A stretch of DNA of 64,000 nt from an uncultured Spirochaetota bacterium (GCA_963827275.1 CAWHAA010000010.1:32001-96000); one strand, 5' to 3'. Positions 19,236 through 30,025 are shown, numbered from the stretch's first letter. Notes: a model not told the origin generated them from the sequence alone. Program-made: numbers and translations.

Positions 19236-21107
19236 TCACACCGCCCAGTCCAGCCCCAGCTCAAGCATTTTCTTTGCGGTGGGGTTCCCGGTTGTTTCGT
19301 CCCATCCCATGAAGCCGTAATACTCATCTTTCATCCTGGCGAAGTCGCCGCGGTCGACGTGGCGCCCCTTGCTGGGCCCGTCCGGGAGCGGTTCGAACAG
19401 CCGTTCCGGCAGGACGTCCTCGCGCTTTGTGAAGCCCCGGCGCGCGTTGATGTGGCGCATCATGTTGATGCGCCGCTCCCCGACCTTCATGAGCTCCCAC
19501 ATGGTCATGTGCCATCCCGCGGCATAGGTGACAAGGTCCTCCAGGTCGCGGTAGGAAAAGAGGCTGCCCGGGCCCCAGCAGAACATGCATAGGACGAGGG
19601 AATCGAGGAGGCTGTAGTATATCTGAGAGTATGCCGTCATCCGCACCTTGTTCGCGCCGGTTGAGGGCGCGTCCTCCTGGCCGAGGATCCCGAGCCCCAT
19701 GCTCGCCTCCGACTTGCTTGCCAGGAGCCAGTCATGCTCCGAGGACATGTGGTCCGGACCGATGGGGCAGACCGCGTACATGATCGCGAGGCTCGGTTTT
19801 ACCTGCGGCATGTGCACCGCCAGGCCCGCGCCCTTTATGTTGATGGCATACGGCCGGGTCTGTTCCCCGAAACGCCGTATCATCGCCTCGAAGCCGTCGG
19901 CGCAGGTATCTCCGATCCCTTCCCGCGATGCGATCGACTCTATCAGCCAGAACAAGGCCTCAGGATCGCCGAACGCGAGCTTTTTGCCGCCGGTATCAGT
20001 ATCCTTTATGAGGCCTTTTTCCATGCTCTCGAACAGGTATCCCGCCACACAGCCCATGGTGATGGTGTCGATCCCGTAATTATTGCAGAGCTCGTTCGCC
20101 TTCGCCACGGCCGCGGCATCGGTAATATCGAGGTTGGAACCGAGAAGGCCCAGTGTCTCGAATTCGGGGCCGCCGAGGGAATCAGAAAGCCGGTACGGCG
20201 CATCCGATTTCACCCGCTTCCGGCACGACACCACGCACCCGAAACAGGATGCCTGTCCCGCTCCAATCTGCGGTTCGTAGGTGGAGCCGTCAAGCTTCAT
20301 GTAGTCGGGGTGCCATCCCCGTGAGTAGTTCCGGGTCGCAAAATTGCCGCCCTCTGCCTGGAACTTCACCACGCCGGGAGTGCCGTATTTTTTTAGCGTC
20401 TCAGGGAACCCCGAGCCCGGAAGGCGGCCGGCCCCGGTTTTGGCCAGCTCCTTCATCGCTGCGGGTTCCGCGAAGGAGACCTCGCCCGTACCCTTCACCA
20501 CCACGGCCCTGAGGTTCTTGCTCCCCATGACCGCGCCGATGCCCGCCCTGCCGAAAGCGTCGTTGGCGTCCGCCATCACATTGGCGTAGCGCACAAGTTT
20601 TTCTCCGGCCGGGCCGCACTGCATGACGCTCAGGCTCTTATCACCGTGCTTCTTCATCAGCAGGGCGCGCACCTCTGATACAGGACGCCCCCGGAGCTCC
20701 GCGGCGTCCTGGATGGAGACCGCCCCGTTTTCGACCAGGAGGTACGACAGCGACGGCGCCCGCCCCTCGATGACAATGGCGTCATACCCCGCCCGCTTGA
20801 TCATGGGGCCGATGCTCCCGCCGGCCTGGCTGTCAGCCGCCATGCCGGTGAGCGGCGAAAGCGCCGTGACACAGCAGCGGCTCACCCCCGACACCGCGGC
20901 CCCGGTGGCGATCCCCGGGGCTATGGTCATTATGTTTTCCGGCGACAGCGGGTCCGTCTTCGCGCCGGTATTTTTTAGAAGGAAGTATGATCCGATTGCG
21001 CTCCCGCCGAGGAACATGCGGTAAAAATCCCCTCCGGGGTGCAGCACCTCGGTCTTTCCCGTGGTCAGGTCTATCCGGAGTATGGCGTCATTGAATCCGT
21101 GGTTCAT
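19236..21107 (-). CDS. Tungsten-containing aldehyde:ferredoxin oxidoreductase family protein
   Basis: SPLTG, GYDAIVIEG, GRAGIGAVMGSKNL, CFGCVVSC plus CMFC Fe-S ligands, GPEFET, GIDTIT, LPERL. Confidence 0.93.
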   Translation of the reverse strand: MNHGFNDAILRIDLTTGKTEVLHPGGDFYRMFLGGSAIGSYFLLKNTGAKTDPLSPENIMTIAPGIATGAAVSGVSRCCVTALSPLTGMAADSQAGGSIGPMIKRAGYDAIVIEGRAPSLSYLLVENGAVSIQDAAELRGRPVSEVRALLMKKHGDKSLSVMQCGPAGEKLVRYANVMADANDAFGRAGIGAVMGSKNLRAVVVKGTGEVSFAEPAAMKELAKTGAGRLPGSGFPETLKKYGTPGVVKFQAEGGNFATRNYSRGWHPDYMKLDGSTYEPQIGAGQASCFGCVVSCRKRVKSDAPYRLSDSLGGPEFETLGLLGSNLDITDAAAVAKANELCNNYGIDTITMGCVAGYLFESMEKGLIKDTDTGGKKLAFGDPEALFWLIESIASREGIGDTCADGFEAMIRRFGEQTRPYAINIKGAGLAVHMPQVKPSLAIMYAVCPIGPDHMSSEHDWLLASKSEASMGLGILGQEDAPSTGANKVRMTAYSQIYYSLLDSLVLCMFCWGPGSLFSYRDLEDLVTYAAGWHMTMWELMKVGERRINMMRHINARRGFTKREDVLPERLFEPLPDGPSKGRHVDRGDFARMKDEYYGFMGWDETTGNPTAKKMLELGLDWAV

Positions 21108-21155
21108 ATCGGTCCTCGCTGGAAATAAATGTTGTGCGGCACGCGATCATTATTT

Positions 21156-22781
21156 TTAAAATATAAAATCCGTCGACAGGAAATTCGACTTCTTCTCCCG
21201 TAAAATCTCGGTGATGATCTTCTTGTTCTGGTCGGTCTCCTTGATCGCCACAAGGGTGCGTATGGTGAACACCCTGAGCGCGTCGGTGACAGAGAGCGTC
21301 CCTTCCGCGCTGTCTTTCCGTCCCGTGAAGGGAAAGGTGTCAGGACCGCGCTGGCACTGGGCGTTGATATTCACGCGGCAGACCTGGTTCACCAGGGTGT
21401 CGATCAGCCTGGCGATGGCGCCCGGGTCGTTGCCGAATACCGCCACCTGCTGGCCGTAATTTGAGTTGACCACGTATTCCAGCGGCTCTTCGACCGATTC
21501 ATACGGGACGACCGGTATCACCGGCCCGAACTGTTCCTCGTGGTATATCTTCATCCGGGCGTTCACCGGGTAGAGTACGGCGGGGAACATGAAGGTCTGG
21601 TTCACGAGGCCGCCCGTTTCGTTCACGACCAGCGCGCCGTGCTCCTTCGCGTCCTCGATGTAGCCCTTCATGTGCAGGATCTTGTCCGGTTCCGGGAGCG
21701 GCGTCAGGGCGACCCCCTTGTCCCAGGGCATGCCGGGAACGAGGGACACGATCTGATGGTTCAGCTTCTTCAGGAATTCCACCACGATGTCTTTATGGAC
21801 GAATATTATTTTTATGGCGGTGCAGCGCTGGCCGTTGAACGACAGCGCGCCGGTGACGCATTCCTTTACCGCGAGGTCGAGGTCCGCGTCCTTCAGGACG
21901 ATCCCCGCGTTCTTCGCGTCGAGCCCCAGCACGGAGCGAAGACGGTGCGGCTTGGGGTGCTGCTTCTTTATGATGTCCGCCACCCTGCTCGACCCGATGA
22001 AGGCGAGCACGTCCACCTTCCCCGATTCCATGAGCGGGCCCACCACCATGGCGCCGTCGCCGTAAATGGTATTGACCACGCCCTTCGGGAACGCCTCTCT
22101 GAACGCCCGCAGCAGCGGGCGGTGCAGCAGGACGCCGATCTTCGGCGGCTTGAAGAGTATCGTGTTTCCCATGAGGAGCGCCGGGATCAGGGTGGTGAAG
22201 GTCTCGTTGAGGGGATAATTGAACGGCCCCATGCACAGGACAACGCCGAGCGGGGCGCGCCGCACCTGGCCGATAATGCCTTCTTTAATTTCGAAGCGCG
22301 ACCCGGCGCGGTCAAGCTCCTTGAGCGCATCGATAGTAAACGATATATACTCGACCGTGCGGTCGAATTCCTTCGCGCTGTCTGCATACGATTTCCCTAT
22401 CTCCCACATCAGCAGGTTCACTATCGCCGCGCGCTCTTCCTTCATCATGAAGGTGAATTTTTCGAGGCAGGCGATCCGCCCGCTCACCGTAAGGGCCGGC
22501 CACGGCCCCCTGCCGCTGTCATAGGCGGCGACCGCCGCGTCAAGGGCCTCCAGTGATTCCTTCGCGGTGAAGAGCGGGTAGCTGCCGATCGTCTGGCGCT
22601 CAACGCCCTTATCGGTTTTCAGGCATATCGGGGAAACGACGTCCTGCATCGGGCCGTTCCAGACGCGGATCTCCCCGTTCACGAGATACTCTTTCTGCAC
22701 GATGGGAAACGCGGGCAGGAATTCCGCCGGGACCCCTTTTCTTTCCGGGAATATCGATCCGATGTTTTCCCTGGTGGCCAT
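21156..22781 (-). CDS. gapN: Non-phosphorylating NADP-dependent glyceraldehyde-3-phosphate dehydrogenase (ALDH family)
   Basis: GPFNYPLNE, FIGSS, LGLDAKN, NGQRCTA, EEQFGP, QRGPDTFPFTGRKDS. Confidence 0.87.
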   Translation of the reverse strand: MATRENIGSIFPERKGVPAEFLPAFPIVQKEYLVNGEIRVWNGPMQDVVSPICLKTDKGVERQTIGSYPLFTAKESLEALDAAVAAYDSGRGPWPALTVSGRIACLEKFTFMMKEERAAIVNLLMWEIGKSYADSAKEFDRTVEYISFTIDALKELDRAGSRFEIKEGIIGQVRRAPLGVVLCMGPFNYPLNETFTTLIPALLMGNTILFKPPKIGVLLHRPLLRAFREAFPKGVVNTIYGDGAMVVGPLMESGKVDVLAFIGSSRVADIIKKQHPKPHRLRSVLGLDAKNAGIVLKDADLDLAVKECVTGALSFNGQRCTAIKIIFVHKDIVVEFLKKLNHQIVSLVPGMPWDKGVALTPLPEPDKILHMKGYIEDAKEHGALVVNETGGLVNQTFMFPAVLYPVNARMKIYHEEQFGPVIPVVPYESVEEPLEYVVNSNYGQQVAVFGNDPGAIARLIDTLVNQVCRVNINAQCQRGPDTFPFTGRKDSAEGTLSVTDALRVFTIRTLVAIKETDQNKKIITEILREKKSNFLSTDFIF

Positions 22782-22815
22782 GTCATCACCTCGCTGCAGG
22801 TTGAATAATGAGCGC

Positions 22816-24111
22816 TTACTGCTTCCCGTACCGGACCGCTTCCAGTATGATCTCGGAGTAGGAGGGGTGCACGAACATGCACTCCTCTATCTCATCGGTC
22901 CGTATGCCGCGCGCCACGATCAGGGCAAGCTGGTTCATGATTTCGGCGATATCCTCCCCGACCGCGGACGCGCCGATCACCCTGCCCGTTGAAGATTCCG
23001 CGACCAGCTTGACAAAGCCAGTGTCCTTCCCCTCCATGACCGCCTTGCCCAGGGCCTTGAAGAAATACCGGTACACGCGGCAATCGATATTCTTCCCGTC
23101 CGCCTCTTTTTTCCCCATGCCCGCGCTCCCCACCTGCGGGCTGGAGAAGACAAGGCGCGGCATCGCGGCATAATCGATGTGCGGCGCCTTCCCGGTCGCG
23201 AGGTGCCGCACCGCCGCCTCGGCCTCGCGCGCCGCGGTATAGGCAAGCATCGGGGTGTCGATGCAGTCGCCGGCCGCGTAGATGTTCGCCGCCGTTGTGC
23301 GCAGGGCCCGGTCAACGGTGATGAACCCCTTATCGTCGACGGCGATCCCCGCCGCGCCGCAGGAGAGCGACGCCGTGTTCGGCCTGCGGCCCGTTGTTTC
23401 GAAGATGACATCGTACTTCTTCGTCATCGGGGCATCCGCCTGGATCGTCGCCTCCCCGTCGGGGGATATAACCGATATCCCGCTCTTCGCGTACACGTTG
23501 ATCTTCCTTTTTTTGAACTCGCGTAGCATGACCCGGACCGCCTCCTCGTCCTCGCCGAGAAGGGGCGAATCAAGCATTTCCACCAGATCGACCTGCGAGC
23601 CGACGGATGCAAGGAACGACGCGTACTCGCACCCCACGACGCCCCCGCCAATGATCAGCGCGCTTCCCGGCGCCTTTTCAAGATTGAATATCCGGTCTGA
23701 TGGATACACGTTGGGAAGATCGAAGATCCTTTTCGGGGTTGATCCGGTTGCGATGATGAAGTGTTGTGCGGAGACGGCCTCGCCGCCGGCAATGATTTCG
23801 GTGTTTGACCGGAACGATGCGTCCCCCCTGATGGTCTCTATGCCGAGCGATTGTATCCGCGCGCGCAGGCCCGTGCGTATCTGCGCCACGCGCGTCATCA
23901 CGAGTTCCCGCAGGGCTTGGTACGCCATTCCCGCATGGGCATGGTAGATCAGGCCCTTCAGCGGGATGCATCCTTCGTTCAGGCACACACCGCCGAGCCG
24001 CTCCGGGTCCCGCTCCACGATCGCGGTTTTTAAATTAAATTTCCTCGCTTCGAAGGCCGCCGTGTACCCCGCCGGCCCCGAGCCTATGATGACCAGATCA
24101 TATTTGTTCAC
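22816..24111 (-). CDS. lpdA: Dihydrolipoamide dehydrogenase (GCS L-protein)
   Basis: GSGPAG, GGVCLNEGCIP redox disulfide, GGGVVGCE, HPSYSE; GTG start at 24111 overlaps the lipA stop. Confidence 0.92.
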   Translation of the reverse strand: MNKYDLVIIGSGPAGYTAAFEARKFNLKTAIVERDPERLGGVCLNEGCIPLKGLIYHAHAGMAYQALRELVMTRVAQIRTGLRARIQSLGIETIRGDASFRSNTEIIAGGEAVSAQHFIIATGSTPKRIFDLPNVYPSDRIFNLEKAPGSALIIGGGVVGCEYASFLASVGSQVDLVEMLDSPLLGEDEEAVRVMLREFKKRKINVYAKSGISVISPDGEATIQADAPMTKKYDVIFETTGRRPNTASLSCGAAGIAVDDKGFITVDRALRTTAANIYAAGDCIDTPMLAYTAAREAEAAVRHLATGKAPHIDYAAMPRLVFSSPQVGSAGMGKKEADGKNIDCRVYRYFFKALGKAVMEGKDTGFVKLVAESSTGRVIGASAVGEDIAEIMNQLALIVARGIRTDEIEECMFVHPSYSEIILEAVRYGKQ

Positions 24112-24959
24112 CTGTCGCTCCTGTATGTGTCCGCCATGTATGAGCTCCGCACATAGGGGCCGCTCTCCACGTGGGAAAAGCCGAGCGCGAGCGCCTCCTC
24201 CCGGTACGCGTCGAACATGGCCGGCTCGATATACTCGCGCACCGGCGCGCACCCGCCGCCGGGGCGCAGATACTGCCCGAGGCTCAGGTAATCGCACCCG
24301 GCGCGCCTGAGGTCGCGCATCACCGCGGACACCTCTTCGCGGGCCTCCCCCAGCCCGAGCATCATGCCGGACTTGGTCCGCAGTGCGGGAGAGAATGCTC
24401 TGGCGGTTTCGAGCACCTTCAGGCTCCGTTTATAGTCGCATCCTTTCCGCACGGCATAGAGCGAGGGCACTGTTTCAATGTTGTGGCCGAAGATATCCGG
24501 CCCCGCGCCGGCGACAATACCGATAGCGTCCGCATCTCCCCTGAAGTCCGGCACCAGCACCTCCACGGTGACCGCCGCGTCATGTGCGCGCAGCCCGCGT
24601 ATGACGCCCGCGAAGAGCGAGGCGCCGCCGTCCGGGAGGTCGTCCCTGGTAACGGAGGTTATGACCGCGTGCCTGATTCCCATCCTCCGCACCGCTTCGG
24701 CCACGCGCCCGGGCTCAGCTGCATCGGGCAGCCCCGGTGCGCCGTGTTTCACAGCGCAGAAGGAACACCCCCTGGTGCAGACGTCGCCCATGATAAGGAA
24801 CGTCGCCGTGCCCCGTGAAAAGCACTCGGCGATGTTCGGACAGCGCGCTTGATGGCACACCGTGTGCAGTCCGAGCCCCCGCAGCATCCCCTCGGTCCCG
24901 TGCATGGCGCGGAAATCGATTTTCTTATTAAGCCATTGCGGCCGTGTCTGCCTCATCAT
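24108..24959 (-). CDS. lipA: Lipoyl synthase
   Basis: CHQARCPNIAEC auxiliary cluster, CTRGCSFC, SVTRDDL, RSSY. Confidence 0.96.
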   Translation of the reverse strand: MMRQTRPQWLNKKIDFRAMHGTEGMLRGLGLHTVCHQARCPNIAECFSRGTATFLIMGDVCTRGCSFCAVKHGAPGLPDAAEPGRVAEAVRRMGIRHAVITSVTRDDLPDGGASLFAGVIRGLRAHDAAVTVEVLVPDFRGDADAIGIVAGAGPDIFGHNIETVPSLYAVRKGCDYKRSLKVLETARAFSPALRTKSGMMLGLGEAREEVSAVMRDLRRAGCDYLSLGQYLRPGGGCAPVREYIEPAMFDAYREEALALGFSHVESGPYVRSSYMADTYRSDR

Positions 24960-25761
24960 CCTCCGCCCTGCCCTCCATGTTCCAGCGGTCGCTCAGGTAC
25001 CTTTTTTCCATGATCGTGCGCACCTCCTTCATCTCGTCCCCGTCGAGGTCAGCAGGATCGAGCTCCCAGCCAGTCGAGAGGACAAACGCGTCCTTGAGAC
25101 GCGCGATGACCCGGTCCTCGTTATTCGTATGGCCGGTGGCCCTGTCGAGAGAGGTGAAATTGCCGAAATCGACCGGTGCGGAAAAGCAGGAGCGTATCGT
25201 TTTCTCGTCGATGTCGAGGGGAATGGAGCCGTGCTGGAAAATACTCCCCCCCGACCTGCGCTGCGCGTTGCCGCCGATCTTTCTTCCATCGATAATAATG
25301 TCATAGTTTTCGTTTGCTGAAAAGCAGAAGTCCGCGCGGCGCCCGGCGGCGCGGCGGACACTCGATTCCATGGCAAACTGGGCCGGCAGGCCCATCATGC
25401 GGTACAGCCTGATGATGATTTTATTCATCGTCTCGAACGATTCGCTCACCGAGAGCGGCCTTCCGTCGATGTCCCTCTCGCCGCAGGCGAAGGAATAGGT
25501 CACCTCACGGTCATGGAATATCGCGCCCCCGCCGGTGATGCGGCGCACGACCGCGACACCGTTTTCCCGGCACGCGCCGATGTCAAGGCAGGATGACGGC
25601 TGGTACCTTCCCAGGGTGATCGACGGCGGGGACCAGCCGTAAATCCTGAGGAACGGCCGGCGGCAGCGCACGTGCCACGCGTACAGGAATTCATCGATCG
25701 CCATGTTCTCATGGCCGCTCCGGGGCGCGCAGGAAACGAGCCGGGCCTTCAGCGGTTGCAT
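24928..25761 (-). CDS. lipM: Lipoate-protein ligase/octanoyltransferase (LipM-like)
   Basis: NMAIDE, RIYGW, RRITGGGAIFHD, CF, RKIGGNAQ, QHGSI; no C-terminal LplA domain. Confidence 0.8.
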   Translation of the reverse strand: MQPLKARLVSCAPRSGHENMAIDEFLYAWHVRCRRPFLRIYGWSPPSITLGRYQPSSCLDIGACRENGVAVVRRITGGGAIFHDREVTYSFACGERDIDGRPLSVSESFETMNKIIIRLYRMMGLPAQFAMESSVRRAAGRRADFCFSANENYDIIIDGRKIGGNAQRRSGGSIFQHGSIPLDIDEKTIRSCFSAPVDFGNFTSLDRATGHTNNEDRVIARLKDAFVLSTGWELDPADLDGDEMKEVRTIMEKRYLSDRWNMEGRAEDDEADTAAMA

Positions 25762-27194
25762 GTCAATTTCAGTTCCCGTGCCGCCCTGGTCTCGTCCGGC
25801 CGGGAGACGGGCGTATTGTTCGGGGCGTTCTTGAGACGTCCGGGATCGGTCTCGGCCAGGCCTGCTATCTCGATCATGGCGTCAATGAATTCGTCGATCG
25901 TCTGCTTCGACTCTGTCTCGGTCGGCTCGATCATCAGCGCTTCGTCGACGACGAGCGGAAAATATATCGTGGGCGGGTGGAACCCCCGCTCGATCAGCGC
26001 CTTGGCGATATCGATGGCGTGCACGCCGTTTTTCTGCACCTGCCGCTTCGCGGAGAAGACGCATTCATGCATGCAGACCCGGTCATAGGGCAGGTCGTAA
26101 TACGGCTTGAGCTTCGCCCGGATGTAGTTGGCGTTCAGCACCGCCTTCTCTGAAACATCGATAAGCCCTTCTTTTCCCAGCATCATGATATAGACGCAGG
26201 CGCGCACCAGCACGGCAAAATTACCGAAAAACGACGCCAGTGCGCCGATGCTCCGGTCCATGCCGGAGTCGAGGTAATACCTGCCTTCCTTCGTGCGGCC
26301 GACTACCGGCGTCGGCAGGAATTCCGCGAGCCTGCCGGACACCGCGACGACACCGGCCCCGGGGCCGCCGCCGCCGTGCGGCGTGGAAAAAGTCTTGTGT
26401 AAATTCATGTGCACGATGTCAAAGCCGATATCGCCGGGCCGCGCCTTCCCCAGGATCGCGTTCAGGTTTGCGCCGTCGTTGTAGAGGATCGCGTCGTATT
26501 TGCGCGCAATCTCGACGATCTCGCGTATCTGCGGGTGGAACAGGCCCAGGGTGTTGGGAAGGGTCAGCATGACGCCCGCCACCCGGTCATTCATGGCGTC
26601 CCTGAATTTTTCCAGGTCCATGCCGCCCTCCCGGCTGACCGGTATCGAAATGACCTCGTAGCCCCCCATTGCCGCGCTGGCGGGGTTGGTGCCGTGCGCC
26701 TCGTCGGGGACGATGACGTACTGCTTCTTGTTCCCCTTGCTCCGGTGATAGGCCGCCATGAGGAGGATGCCGGCAAGCTCGCCGTGCGCCCCCGCGTAGG
26801 GCTGGGTCGTCACGGCCTTCATGCCGGTGATCTCTGCGAGAAAGACTGAGAGGGTGTGGATGAGCTCGAGCGACCCCTGGACCGAACCCTCGTCAATGTA
26901 CGCCATAAGCGGGTGCACCGATGCGAACCCGGGGAGCGCGGCCATCGCTTCGTTCACTTTCGGATTGTACTTCATGGTGCAGGAGCCGAGCGGATAGAAA
27001 TGGGTGTCCACCGAAAAATTGAGCTGGGACAACCGCACGTAATGCCTGACCACGTCGAGCTCCGACACCTCGGGGAGGCCGGTATCGGTTTTTCTCAGGT
27101 ACCGGTCGCCGATCTTCCTGGCTGCCGCCTCGTCCGCCGCGCCCATGTCGACACCGGTCCTGCCCGGCACGCTCTTTTCAAATATCAGTTTCAT
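25749..27194 (-). CDS. gcvPB: Glycine dehydrogenase (decarboxylating) subunit 2
   Basis: MKLIFEKS start, YPLGSCTMKYNP, AHGTNPAS, NLHKTFSTPHGGGGPG (PLP Lys), MIEPTETE. Confidence 0.95.
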   Translation of the reverse strand: MKLIFEKSVPGRTGVDMGAADEAAARKIGDRYLRKTDTGLPEVSELDVVRHYVRLSQLNFSVDTHFYPLGSCTMKYNPKVNEAMAALPGFASVHPLMAYIDEGSVQGSLELIHTLSVFLAEITGMKAVTTQPYAGAHGELAGILLMAAYHRSKGNKKQYVIVPDEAHGTNPASAAMGGYEVISIPVSREGGMDLEKFRDAMNDRVAGVMLTLPNTLGLFHPQIREIVEIARKYDAILYNDGANLNAILGKARPGDIGFDIVHMNLHKTFSTPHGGGGPGAGVVAVSGRLAEFLPTPVVGRTKEGRYYLDSGMDRSIGALASFFGNFAVLVRACVYIMMLGKEGLIDVSEKAVLNANYIRAKLKPYYDLPYDRVCMHECVFSAKRQVQKNGVHAIDIAKALIERGFHPPTIYFPLVVDEALMIEPTETESKQTIDEFIDAMIEIAGLAETDPGRLKNAPNNTPVSRPDETRAARELKLTCNR

Positions 27195-28526
27195 GACAGC
27201 ACCTTCCGTGCGGCGGACACGAACCGGTCGATATCGCCGGCCGATCTTTTTTCCGTTGCCGAGACGATTAGCTGGTCCGGCCTGTCTCCGTAGAAGAGCG
27301 ACGCGGGGACGCCCGGCGGCAACGCCTTCGGCGAGCATCTTCTTGGCGAATTCGCGTGCCGGTCCGGGAAGGACGACCGTGAATTCATTGAAGGTCCTCG
27401 CCTTGATAACGTCGATCCCGCGCACCTTCCGCAGCGCCTGCCTGAGATCTTCGGCGCGCTCCATGTTCATGATTGCAGCCGTCCTGAAGCCTTTCCTGCC
27501 AAGGAGCGACAGGTATACCACCGCCCTGAGCGCGCAGAGGGCCTGGTTGGAGCATATATTAGAGGAGGCCTTTTCCCTGCGTATGTGCTGCTCGCGGGCC
27601 TGCAGCGTGAGAACGTACGACTTTGTGCCGTTGCGGTCGGACGTCTCGCCGACGATCCTGCCCGGCATCTTGCGCACGTACCTCCTGTCAACCGCCATGA
27701 GCCCGAGGTAGGGGCCGCCGAACGACAGCGGCATCCCCAATGACTGTCCCTCGCCCACGGCGATATCGGCCTTCATCTCGCCCGGGCTTTTTAAAACGCC
27801 GAGCGACAGCGGGTAGAACGAGAGGATGCTCACGATGTCCTTCTCACGCGCCTGCGAGAAGAGGTCCTCGTAATCGTCAACGGTCCCGAAAAAATTGGGG
27901 TTCTGCACCACCAGCGCCGCGACGGTATCGTCCAGCATGGATTGCAGCCGCTCCCTGTCGGACGACACTTCCTTGCAATCGATCTCGATTATTTCAATGT
28001 CAATGTTTATCGCGTAGGTCTTCACGATCCGCCTGAAGAGGGGATTGACGCCGCCGTCGATGACGACCCTCCTCCTGCCGTTCGCCCGCACCGCCATCGC
28101 GATGGCCTCGTAGAGCGCCGTGCCGCCGTCGTAGAGGGAGGCGTTCGCGTAATCAAGCCCGGTGATGCCTGAAATCATCGACTGATATTCGAATATGGAG
28201 CGGAGCGTGCCCTGGGACGCCTCGGGCTGGTAGGGGGTATAGGCGGTGACGAATTCCGAGCGCGAGGTGATAGCGTCCACCGCCGCGGGGATGAAATGGT
28301 CGTAATAACCGCCCCCGACGAATGATACGCAATCGGTCCTGTTGCGGCCGGCCAGCCCGGTGAAATAGGCGGTGGCCTCGTTCTCGGTCATGCCGGCCGG
28401 GAGTTCGAACGACTTCGGTGCCAGCGCGGAGGGAATATCGGCGAACAGCTCGTCAACCGAGGCGACGCCGATCTCGCCGAGCATCTGCCGTGTTTCGTCT
28501 CCGGTGTGCGGTGTAAAGATCGCCAT
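27191..28526 (-). CDS. gcvPA: Glycine dehydrogenase subunit 1, with one +1 indel at 27312-27314 (probable sequencing error)
   Basis: TAYTPYQPEASQG, NASLYDG, FGGPYLG, REQHIRREKASSNICSNQ; the true C-terminus (GVPASLFY...LIVSATEKRS...KVLS*) lies in the adjacent frame and ends at 27191. Confidence 0.92.
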
Positions 28527-28528
28527 GG

Positions 28529-28921
28529 CTACTCCAGGCCGCCCGCGTATTCCCTGTACTGCGCCGCGGTCATGAGGTTTTTTGTCTCCGCGGGATCGGC
28601 AAGCTCGATCTCCGCGATCCATCCGTCGCCGTAGCAGGACTGGTTGATCAGCTCGGGCGCGTCATCGAGCGCATTGTTGAAGGCCCTGATCGTGCCGGAA
28701 AGCGGCGCGTATATGTCGCTGGCCGCCTTGACCGATTCTATCCCGGTCAGGAAATCAAACTGCTTCACCGCCTTGCCGGCCGGGGTCGGATCGACATAGG
28801 TGATGTCGCCCAGCTTCTGCTGCGCGTAATCGCTGATACCCACCCTGGCGCGGTTCCCTTCGACTTTCGCCCATTCATGTTCCTTCGTATAAAAATACCC
28901 ATCCAGCACGGTGATCTTCAT
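28529..28921 (-). CDS. gcvH: Glycine cleavage system H protein
   Basis: YTKEHEW, GISDYAQQKLGDI, lipoyl motif IESVKAASD, PELIN, GDGWI. Confidence 0.97.
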   Translation of the reverse strand: MKITVLDGYFYTKEHEWAKVEGNRARVGISDYAQQKLGDITYVDPTPAGKAVKQFDFLTGIESVKAASDIYAPLSGTIRAFNNALDDAPELINQSCYGDGWIAEIELADPAETKNLMTAAQYREYAGGLE

Positions 28922-28927
28922 CTCCCT

Positions 28928-30025
28928 TTATACCTCCGAATATTTGATTGATGTCTGTTTTATAAAGGGCACCGGCTCGATCTTCGCCCTGATGACGCCC
29001 TTTCCCGTATCGATATCGATGTCTCCGCCCGCGGCGGCCACCGCCGCGTCAACGTAGCCCATGCCGATCCCCCTGTTCAGGTGCGGCGAAAAGACCCCGC
29101 TGGTCACGAAGCCGGCATCCGCGCCGCCGGCCAGGATCCTGTTTTCATGGCGGGGCGTCCTCCTGCCGTCCACGGTAAATCCGATCATGCTGCGGCGCAC
29201 GCCCCGCTTCCGCTGTTCGATGAGCGCCGCCTTCCCGAAAAAATCCTTCTCCATGTCGAGGAAGCGGTCCATACCCGCGTCAAACGGCGTTGTTGTTTCG
29301 CTCAACTCGCTTCCATATAATGGGAGCCCCATCTCCAGCCTCAGGATGTCCCGCGCGCCGAGCCCCGCCGGTTTCACCGCAGGGTGCTTGAGCAATAGCT
29401 TCCAGAGGTCAACGCCCCTGTCCCGGTCGATATACACCTCGAAGCCAAGCTCGCCGGTGTAACCGGTCCTGCTGACGATGTACGAGCCGCCGAGAAAATT
29501 GAACCGGTCGAAGCCGTAATACGCGAGCTTTTTCACGCCGTCGCCCGCGATTGATTTCATGACATCGAGGGATTTCGGCCCCTGCACGTCGATCTTCACC
29601 GTCCGCGAGGATATATTTTCAATTGATGCGCCGGGCGAGAGCCGCGACGAGATAATGCGGTAATCGCGCTCTTCGCCCGCGGCGTTGACCACCAGCATCC
29701 ATTCGCCGTCAGCGATACGGTACGCGATGAGGTCATCGAGCACCATCCCCGCGTCATCGAGCAGGAACCCGTACTTGCACCGCCCTGTCTTTATTTTGAG
29801 CATGGGGATGGTGACCGCCCGGTCGATCGACGCCTGCCCCGGCGCCTCTTTCACCACGAACTCTCCCATGTGGGAGATATCGAAGATGGAGACGGCGGAG
29901 CGTGTGTGTTTCGCCTCTTCGAGGATGCTGCCGTAATGTATGGGCATGTTCCAGCCCGCGAACGGCGCCATGAGCGCGTTGAGGGCGGCATGTTCTTCGG
30001 CTATCGGGGTATTTCTAATTTCCAT
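28928..30025 (-). CDS. gcvT: Aminomethyltransferase (GCS T-protein)
   Basis: FAGWNMP, FDISHMGE, SRTGYTGELGFE, GLGARDILRLEMG; start MEIRNTP at 30025. Confidence 0.96.
   Translation of the reverse strand: MEIRNTPIAEEHAALNALMAPFAGWNMPIHYGSILEEAKHTRSAVSIFDISHMGEFVVKEAPGQASIDRAVTIPMLKIKTGRCKYGFLLDDAGMVLDDLIAYRIADGEWMLVVNAAGEERDYRIISSRLSPGASIENISSRTVKIDVQGPKSLDVMKSIAGDGVKKLAYYGFDRFNFLGGSYIVSRTGYTGELGFEVYIDRDRGVDLWKLLLKHPAVKPAGLGARDILRLEMGLPLYGSELSETTTPFDAGMDRFLDMEKDFFGKAALIEQRKRGVRRSMIGFTVDGRRTPRHENRILAGGADAGFVTSGVFSPHLNRGIGMGYVDAAVAAAGGDIDIDTGKGVIRAKIEPVPFIKQTSIKYSEV

Noticed and set aside
25749..28622. 957-aa ORF that looks like a natural GcvPA-GcvPB fusion
   Set aside because: An extra base at 27312-27314 shifts GcvPA into the GcvPB frame. 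The linker is junk, and the real GcvPA C-terminus with its stop at 27191 overlaps the gcvPB ATG.
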